From an uncultured Planctomycetota bacterium (lineage in GTDB: Bacteria > Planctomycetota > Phycisphaerae > Tepidisphaerales > Tepidisphaeraceae): a stretch of 64,000 nt of DNA. The translations under genes and the position numbers were made by a program. The stretch is from positions 960,001 through 1,024,000 of the forward strand of contig CAWJEN010000006.1 of assembly GCA_963841915.1 (NCBI GenBank). The letters are read 5' to 3'. Of the stretch, positions 57,046 through 64,000 are shown one piece after another (position 1 is the stretch's first letter; each line of letters starts with the position of its first letter). Under the pieces are notes generated by a model. The model did not search any database, was not told where the DNA came from, and worked only from the letters and a program-made list of their open reading frames with translations.

Positions 57046-58041
57046 CTACGAAGCGTCGCGCGTCTGGAACAGTGCGACGGCTAACGCGAGGATGCCGACA
57101 ATCAACGCCAGGCCGTAAAGCGAGACAAGACCAACGTACTGCCAGCCGACATCGGCGATGGAACCCTGCGACAAGGCGTCGCTGAGCCAGTAAAACTGCA
57201 GATTTGGAATGGCGGCGTAACCGATCTGTGCCCACGAGGCGATGCCGGTGCCGCTTTCGTTGGCTGCGTTGACGAGACGACCAAAGGTGTAGTCACTGGT
57301 CAGCCCGAGCAGGAAGACGACGAGCATGATCGACAGCGTCGCCGCCTGACCAAGCCGCGTGCTGCACGCGACGGCAACGGCGGCGAACAACATCGTGGCC
57401 TCTAAGATCATGAAGGCCGCCAGCCACTGCCCGCGTGAGAAGACCTCGCCCGTCGGTTCTGCTGCAAAAGCATGATCAAAAGGAGCAGCCGCCAGAAGGC
57501 CCACAGGCAGCAGAATGGCCAGCCACCGGGCGGTTGTGCTGCCGAACGGCTTGCCGAACAGGTAATTGGCCGCCCCACCGATGACGACGCCGCCGAGTAA
57601 AGCCACGCCACCGAAAACCAGCACCGGAGCGTCCCAAGGCGTGCTGACGGTGCTGAAGGCACCTTGCCGGATCGCCAGCACGTGGACGATGGTCCAAACC
57701 CACCAGGCCAGGGCCAGAGCTACAGCGATGCCGATGTATTTGCCCAGGACGAACACCGGCCGTGCCAGCGGCTTGCTGATGACGGTCAACGCTGTCTTGT
57801 CTTCAATTTCACGACTGACGACGCCACTGGCGGAGAAAGCGGCCAAGACGAGTCCGCCGATGAGCAACATCGACAGACCCATGTCGGTCGCCAGCATATC
57901 ATCGTCGTCAAACGTGTAGGCGGCGAGGAACGGGCTGAGGATCAGGGCAAAGATCACGACGCCGAGCCACACGATGTAAAACGGCTGACGGACCGCTTCT
58001 ACAAGCGCATTACGAGCGACGGCGTAGAGCTGAATCAACAT
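57046..58041 (-). CDS. ABC-2-type exporter permease
   Basis: REIEDKTALTVISKPLAR..FVLGKY; multiple TM helices; PNLQ. Confidence 0.85.
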   Translation of the reverse strand: MLIQLYAVARNALVEAVRQPFYIVWLGVVIFALILSPFLAAYTFDDDDMLATDMGLSMLLIGGLVLAAFSASGVVSREIEDKTALTVISKPLARPVFVLGKYIGIAVALALAWWVWTIVHVLAIRQGAFSTVSTPWDAPVLVFGGVALLGGVVIGGAANYLFGKPFGSTTARWLAILLPVGLLAAAPFDHAFAAEPTGEVFSRGQWLAAFMILEATMLFAAVAVACSTRLGQAATLSIMLVVFLLGLTSDYTFGRLVNAANESGTGIASWAQIGYAAIPNLQFYWLSDALSQGSIADVGWQYVGLVSLYGLALIVGILALAVALFQTRDAS

Positions 58042-58557
58042 GAGTCGGACGCCGGGAAGCGGCGGATCACGATAGCTTAGCCGACAACGCGTCGGCCAAA
58101 ATCTCAGTCCAACCTGATCGCACGCCGTCGACCGTAAAGCCGTAAGCGATGACCGCCGAGTCGGTCCCGATGCCAAGGCCCTAGACGTTGCCGCCGATCC
58201 GGTCGTTGATATTCAATGGACCGGTCCACCCGACCTCCGCGTTGTTCCGGACTCGTATGTCCGGCCGAAGCAGGCAAGTGAACTTCCCATCGATTTCGTC
58301 AATTGCATCGAGCCGAAAGTCCGCCTGTCGCCCGTCGGACGAGTTGGCGAAGGCGTTGTCGTCGCTGAAGTCGATCTGCAGATTGGCGAGGCTGCGGAAT
58401 TCGCAGTGGTCGAATCACTCGATAATCAGCAGCAGCGACACGTCGCGGCTTCACCATCTACGCGTGGTGTGTCGTCGCAGACCCTGCCGGTGGCCCGGCA
58501 GTCGGCTGCAACGCTACAGTCGGCGGCGCGTTACCTTGCAACGCCGCAAGAGGAGCC

Positions 58558-60606
58558 ATGGCCGACGCGACCCCACGACTTAGCCCGCCCGACGCCGCAC
58601 CAGAATCAATGGCTGAGCAAGGTCGCGTCGTCGCCGCCTCGCTCGGCGGACTCGGCATGCAGTTTGTGCTTGTCGCGGTCGCACTCGGCCTGCTGACGAC
58701 CGGCAACCTCAACGGCCTGGGCCTAATCCCGTTTACGCTCGCCGGCTTGTTGCCGTGGGCGGCAGCGGTTGTTGCGGCAATCCTTCGCAAAGCCCGTGCA
58801 ACCGAGGCGTACGAGCTCGAAGCCGCACGACGCGGTGGCGAGGCGGCACGGACGATCTTCGAGAGCGAGATCGACGCCCGACCCGCAGGCCGCAGGCTCG
58901 AACGCTTCCTCAAGCTCGGCCTGCCGATCATCGGTGGCATTGTCGGCATCTTCCTGCTCTACAACGGGCTGACGATCCTGCGCACCGTCCTGGTCCTGCG
59001 GCAAAGGCCCTTCACCGCGCCCGACCTGCTGGCAGGTGTGACCGGTGCGGCAGCGTTCTTCGGGTTCGTCGCAGGCTTCTACCTCCTGGGGCTCGGCGGC
59101 TCGCTGAAGCGGCCGGTGCTGCGTGGTGCGGCGGTTTACCTGCTCGGCACGGTCATCCTGTTCGCCCTCGTCGCCGCTGCTGCCGCTATCGAGGCGGCGG
59201 TTGGGATCCGCGTCGTCTCAATCGTCGTCTACTACGCCCTGCCGATCATCACGTTGATTGTCGGTGTCGAGATTCTGCTTAATCTGGTTCTTGAGCTCTA
59301 TCGTCCGGCGGCGACGGGTGAAACAGTCGACAGCGCCCGGCCGGCGTTCAACCCACGCGTTGTCGAGTTCGCCGTCAGCCCGGGCGGGGTCGTTCGTCAG
59401 CTCAACGAGGCCTTCCGCTATCAATTCGGCTTCGAAGTCACCCAGTCGTGGTTCGTCGGCGTCCTCCGGAAGTCGGCCGCTTTGCTGCTGCTCGTCGGGG
59501 CTCTCATCCTCGTCCTGCTGAGCACACTCGTCGTCGTCAGGCCCCACCAGCGTGGTCTCGTCACGACATTCGGCCGGCTCGACAACGCGTCGCTCGAGCC
59601 TGGACTGCACGTCAAGTGGCCTTGGCCGATCAGCCGAGCCAGACTCGTGGAGACCGGCCGCATACGCACGCTTGTCGTCGGCACGGAAACCGACCTCGTC
59701 AACCATTCGAGCTATCTGTGGTCCAACCAGCACACGCAAAACAACGGCCTGCTGATCGTCAGTGGCACCGGGCAGACCGGCGAGGCTGCCGGCCCGGCCA
59801 TTGGTTTGGCCGCGGCAGATCTGCTTGTGCAATGGCGTGTGGATGAGAATCAGGTGCACGACTTCGTGGCCGGCTACGCCGAACCGACGCGACGGCTCCA
59901 GACGCTCGCCGACCAGGCGCTTGCCCGAGAGATTGCCAGGTACGACATCGACAGCGCGATCGGCTCGCGGCGGACGGACGTTGCCGCGGCCGTCGAGACG
60001 CGGCTTCGGTCGGCCGTCGATGGTGACCGGCTCGGCATCGATATCGTCAGCGTCGGGCTCAAGAGCGTTCGCCCGCCTGTCGAGGCGGCAGAGGCCTTCA
60101 ACGCCAGCGTCGCCGCCGAGCAGGACAGCGTCCGACTGGTCAAGGAAGGCGAAGCTCAGCGAGACGGCCTGCTGGCCCAGGTCGCCGGTTCGACCGAGCG
60201 GGCCTTGGAGCTGAGCTCGCGCATTCGCGCGTTGGAGCGGGCTGTTGTCGCCGAGGATGCCGACGCCGCTGATTTGTCTCGCACGGAGGCCGAGATCACG
60301 ACGGACCTGCTCGCCGGTGGCGGGTCGGCATCGGAGAACCTGCTGCAGGCCCGTGCCGTTCGTTGGCAGAGCGAGAACTCTGCCCGCAGCCGCACGGCTA
60401 GAGCTCGCGCCCTCGTTGAACCTTTCGCCAAGGCAGCGGACGTATTCCGCAAGCGGCTGTACCTCGAAGCCATCCGCGGGTCGCTCGCTGATCGGGCCAA
60501 AGATATTTACCTCACACCGAGTCCGGTGCAAATGGAGTTCGAAGGGGAAAGTGGCCTAGGCATCCGTGGTGCCGGCGGCCTGCGGATGCCCGAAGGTGAG
60601 CAGTAA
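58558..60606 (+). CDS. HflK-like SPFH protein with multi-TM N-terminal domain
   Basis: About 7 TM segments; VVRPHQRGLVTTFG, PGLHVKWPWP, VRPPVEAAEAF, RLYLE. Confidence 0.85.
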   Translation: MADATPRLSPPDAAPESMAEQGRVVAASLGGLGMQFVLVAVALGLLTTGNLNGLGLIPFTLAGLLPWAAAVVAAILRKARATEAYELEAARRGGEAARTIFESEIDARPAGRRLERFLKLGLPIIGGIVGIFLLYNGLTILRTVLVLRQRPFTAPDLLAGVTGAAAFFGFVAGFYLLGLGGSLKRPVLRGAAVYLLGTVILFALVAAAAAIEAAVGIRVVSIVVYYALPIITLIVGVEILLNLVLELYRPAATGETVDSARPAFNPRVVEFAVSPGGVVRQLNEAFRYQFGFEVTQSWFVGVLRKSAALLLLVGALILVLLSTLVVVRPHQRGLVTTFGRLDNASLEPGLHVKWPWPISRARLVETGRIRTLVVGTETDLVNHSSYLWSNQHTQNNGLLIVSGTGQTGEAAGPAIGLAAADLLVQWRVDENQVHDFVAGYAEPTRRLQTLADQALAREIARYDIDSAIGSRRTDVAAAVETRLRSAVDGDRLGIDIVSVGLKSVRPPVEAAEAFNASVAAEQDSVRLVKEGEAQRDGLLAQVAGSTERALELSSRIRALERAVVAEDADAADLSRTEAEITTDLLAGGGSASENLLQARAVRWQSENSARSRTARARALVEPFAKAADVFRKRLYLEAIRGSLADRAKDIYLTPSPVQMEFEGESGLGIRGAGGLRMPEGEQ

Positions 60607-60645
60607 GCTTGAGACGAACCGCAATGCCAGGAGCTGTTTGACCCG

Positions 60646-61610
60646 ATGAATCGCCTGCTCAACATCCTCGTCGCCCTTGCCCTGTTGCTCGTGCTGATCG
60701 GCTATGCGGCGACGTACACCGTCTCCTTCAATGAGACGGCCATCGTTACGACGTTCGGCAGCGCCGGTGACGGCAGCGTAAAGAACGCCCCGCGTCAGGA
60801 CGGTGTGACCGAGGCCGATCCCAATGACGGCGGTGCCGGCCTCTACTTCAAGCTGCCCTGGCCGATTCAACAAGTCGCCGCCCGTTACGACACGCGGGTG
60901 CAATTGCTCGAAAGTGCCGTCGAACAGGCCACGACGGGGGATCAGCAGAGCATTGTGCTACGCGTCGCAGTGACGTGGCGGGTCGTGGATCCGCTGGCGT
61001 TCTACAAGTCGCTCGGCAGCCTCGGCGAGGCCGAGTCGCAGCTCCGTAATCGGATCCGCGCCGCCCGCGGCCTCATCGGTGACTACGACTTCAACGACCT
61101 GGCCAACATTGAGGGCACTGCGACTGCCGCCAGCGAACTGGCCGACCGCATGATGACCGGCGTGCAAAGCGGTGTTGACTCCAGCGGCTACGGCCTGGAG
61201 GTATTGGATCTCGAAGTGACGAAGCTTGAAGTGCCCCGCGGCGCAGTGACTGACAGCGTGGTGCAGCGCATGGCCTCGGAGCGGACGCTCCTTGCCGCCC
61301 GGCGCAGCAATCGGGTGCTGCGGGCCAGGCTCGGCTCATCACCGAGGGTCAGCAGAACGCGAGCGTCATCACCAGCTTCGCCGAAGAGCAGGCGGCTGAG
61401 ATTCGCAGTCGCGGCGAGGCGGCGGCGGCGGCGACGTTGGCCGAACTGACGGGCGAAGCTGCAGAATTGGCCGTGCTGCTCGACGAAATTGAGACCATTC
61501 GCCTGTCAGCCGGCAGCCGTGCCCGATTCTTCATCGACGCCGCGTCGTTCTACCCGCTCAATCGGCTCAGCGAATTCCTCGACGTGCCCGAGCCGAAGGA
61601 GCAGCCGTGA
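60646..61610 (+). CDS. HflC-like SPFH protein, frameshift near 61300
   Basis: YTVSFNETAIVTTFG, GLYFKLPWP, WRVVDPLAF, RMASER; second frame continues ..AAEIRSRGEAAAA.. to a TGA overlapping the next gene's GTG. Confidence 0.85.
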
Positions 61611-63073
61611 GCGAATTGGCTCCAGAACACGATCACGATGCCGGCGTCGAGCAGACGCCCGAGCGAGGATTGACCGACGCACTGGCGATCAGCTTCCGCG
61701 TACTGCGGGTGCTGTTCGTCATCATGCTGATCTTCTTCCTGTTCAGCGGCGTCTTTACGGTCAACCAGAATCAAGTCGCTGTCCGCACCAGCTTCGGTCG
61801 AATTTCAGGCGGACCCGGCGGTGAAGTATTGACCGCAGACGGCGGACCTTACTTCCGCTGGCCCAAGCCGGTCGGTCAGGTCTTCTACATTCCGACCGAA
61901 GAGCGAAGGCTGCAGATCAGCCAGACGTTCGCCTTCCAGGCGACCGACAGCACCGAGTCGCTCGCGACGGCCGCCCCCGCGGCGGATCAGACGAATGTCG
62001 TCGATTTCGGCTTCCTTTTAACGGGTGACAAAAACATCGTCTACGCCCGGTACAACGTCGACTACAGGGTGCGGCCTGAGGAGGCTATCAGCTTCCTTCG
62101 CCATGCTGCCGGACCTGAAAACGACCGACTGCTTCTGCCCGATGGCCAGCTCGGTGCTCCTCGAGACACAGCTGATTTTGCTGTTATTGCCGACAATCCG
62201 GATCGGATGTTCGAGCGGGCCAACCGGCTCGTGGCCGCCGCTGTGGAGCAAGCGGTCATCGCCGACACGGCACGTCGCAGCGTCGAGGAGTTCCGGCTCG
62301 GCCGCGCCGCCGAAGGAACGAGCGATCTGCAATCCGCCATCACGGGCGACGCGCAGCAGATGCTCGATGACATGAATCTCGGCATCGAGATCGTCAGTCT
62401 GCAACGCACCGAAGCGTCCGTGCCGCCACAAATCAGAAGCATCTTCGAGCAGCTCAACCAGGCGTTACAACTTCAGGCAGCGCTCCTTGATCAAGGGCGG
62501 GGCGAGCAGCGGAATCTGCTAACGGGTGTCGCCGGCGATGCGGCCCCGGCGTTGCTGGCGTCGATTGAGGTTTACGAAGCGGCCGACGCCCGCCGGCAAG
62601 CAGGCGACGAGACGGCCAGTCAGGAAGCTGAAGACGCACGGCAAGCCATTGCCGACCTGCTGAATGGCGGGACGGTGAGCGAGGTCCTGACCCGCCTTGC
62701 CGAAACGCTGCCCGCCGACGCACCCGCCCGCCAGCAGTTACTCGACGAAGCGACGGCCGGCAGAAACCTGACGGTCAGCGGCACCGCATACGAGCTCGTC
62801 GGCACGGCCGCCAGTGATGCTTCGCAGATCGTCCGCCAGGCGCAGGCGCTTCGGCAACGCACGCAGGGGCTGACGGAGGAATACGCCGCCAACCCCGAGC
62901 GACTTCGCGGGCGTCTCATGCTGGCTGCACTTCGTGATATCCTGACCGCCCCGGACGCCGAGATTGAGTACGTCCCGGTGGCCGACATGATTCGCTTGCA
63001 GATCACGCCCGATGCTGAGCGTCGGAGCCAAAACGAACGTCGTCGTCTTGATGGCGCACGACAGCCGCAATAA
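61607..63073 (+). CDS. Second HflK-like SPFH protein
   Basis: LTDALAISF, SGVFTVNQNQVAVRTSFG, FRWPKP, LLTGDKNIV, VPPQIRSIF. Confidence 0.82.
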   Translation: MSELAPEHDHDAGVEQTPERGLTDALAISFRVLRVLFVIMLIFFLFSGVFTVNQNQVAVRTSFGRISGGPGGEVLTADGGPYFRWPKPVGQVFYIPTEERRLQISQTFAFQATDSTESLATAAPAADQTNVVDFGFLLTGDKNIVYARYNVDYRVRPEEAISFLRHAAGPENDRLLLPDGQLGAPRDTADFAVIADNPDRMFERANRLVAAAVEQAVIADTARRSVEEFRLGRAAEGTSDLQSAITGDAQQMLDDMNLGIEIVSLQRTEASVPPQIRSIFEQLNQALQLQAALLDQGRGEQRNLLTGVAGDAAPALLASIEVYEAADARRQAGDETASQEAEDARQAIADLLNGGTVSEVLTRLAETLPADAPARQQLLDEATAGRNLTVSGTAYELVGTAASDASQIVRQAQALRQRTQGLTEEYAANPERLRGRLMLAALRDILTAPDAEIEYVPVADMIRLQITPDAERRSQNERRRLDGARQPQ

Positions 63074-63085
63074 GGGTTTACCTAC

Positions 63086-64000
63086 GTGACGACCACCACC
63101 GCCACCAATACGACTCACGATGACGACGCCGTGCTGGAGCTGCGCGGCGTCTCCAAAACCTTCCGCGACTTCTGGCTCAGGCCACGCGTTAAAGCCGTTC
63201 AAGACGTCGATCTGGTCGCCCGTCGCGGCGAAGTCATCGGCCTGCTCGGCCCCAACGGCAGCGGCAAGACGACCACGATCAAGATGATCCTCGGGCTGCT
63301 CAACCCGACCGCCGGGCAGATCGCAGTCCTCGGCAAGCGGCCAAGCGACGTCGCTCTGAAGCACAAGATCGGCTACCTGCCCGAGGAGTCAAACCTTTAC
63401 CGCTTCCTCAACGCAGGCGAAACGCTCGACTTCTACGGCCGCCTGTTCAAGATTCCCGCCGTCGAGCGGAAGGGACGTGTCGAGAGCCTGCTCGAGATGG
63501 TCGGCTTGACCGCCGCTCGCTATCGGCCGGTCGGTGAGTATTCCAAGGGCATGCAACGCCGTGTCGGGCTGGCTCAAGCACTCATTAACGACCCGGACCT
63601 GCTCGTGCTCGACGAGCCGACCACCGGCATGGACCCGATTGCCACGCGGCAAATCAAGGACCTCATCAAGACGCTCCGTGATCGTGGCAAGACCATCCTC
63701 CTCTGTACGCACCTGCTCGGCGAAGTCGAAGACGTCTGTGATCGGCTCGTCATCATGTACGGCGGCAGGATCCGGGCATCGGGCACCGTCGGCGAACTGC
63801 TCACTGTGCCTGACAAGCAGTCGATCGAGGTCGACGGTGAAGCACTTGATGCGGCGACCGTCGAACGACTGACGGCAGTCATCAACGAAAGCGGCAGGCA
63901 GGTGTCCGAGGTGCGTCATCCACGTCAAAAGCTCGAGAACGTTTTCATGGATGTGATCGAGCTGGCCAATCGTGGCGGCGAAACGACCACCGGTGCCGCC
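63086..64000 (+). CDS. ABC transporter ATP-binding protein, runs off window
   Basis: Manual translation: GLLGPNGSGKTT, GYLPEE, YSKGMQRRVGLAQAL, LVLDEPT, CTH. Confidence 0.93.
   Translation, partial: MTTTTATNTTHDDDAVLELRGVSKTFRDFWLRPRVKAVQDVDLVARRGEVIGLLGPNGSGKTTTIKMILGLLNPTAGQIAVLGKRPSDVALKHKIGYLPEESNLYRFLNAGETLDFYGRLFKIPAVERKGRVESLLEMVGLTAARYRPVGEYSKGMQRRVGLAQALINDPDLLVLDEPTTGMDPIATRQIKDLIKTLRDRGKTILLCTHLLGEVEDVCDRLVIMYGGRIRASGTVGELLTVPDKQSIEVDGEALDAATVERLTAVINESGRQVSEVRHPRQKLENVFMDVIELANRGGETTTGAA

Overview
GC-rich bacterial chromosomal window, most likely from a planctomycete (Phycisphaerae-like). The evidence is PEP-CTERM proteins, an LEPR-XLL/dockerin protein, an H-X9-DG prepilin-like protein and lpxK. 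Bases 1-24 kb are mostly housekeeping genes (priA, smpB, separated sdhB and sdhC, a pilM operon, flgM, a PTPS, truD, ilvC). Bases 24.2-36.9 kb hold a co-directional glycan-utilisation-like cluster built around a pilin-like protein, with no SusCD pair. Bases 37-40.4 kb are a collapsed mobile island: fragments of hsdM, czcA, a P1B-ATPase and IS3 orfA are fused in one reading frame, followed by IS3 orfB, a truncated resolvase and a 38-bp Tn3-type end. Bases 40.4-46.8 kb carry phosphatase, PA14-DUF1080 and sulfatase genes. Four parS-like palindromes at 46.9-49.3 kb suggest the window is origin-proximal. Bases 47-55 kb carry folK, panC, lgt, lpxK, gluQ and a candidate AT-hook/coiled-coil/winged-helix nucleoid protein. 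Bases 55-64 kb form a divergent module of three SPFH (HflK/HflC-like) proteins, an ABC exporter and a P1B-type ATPase lacking the usual metal-binding residues; this is the best candidate for an uncharacterised system. Two genes carry frameshifts that may be assembly errors. No rRNA, tRNA or CRISPR array was seen. All calls come from reading motifs by eye; no database searches were run.
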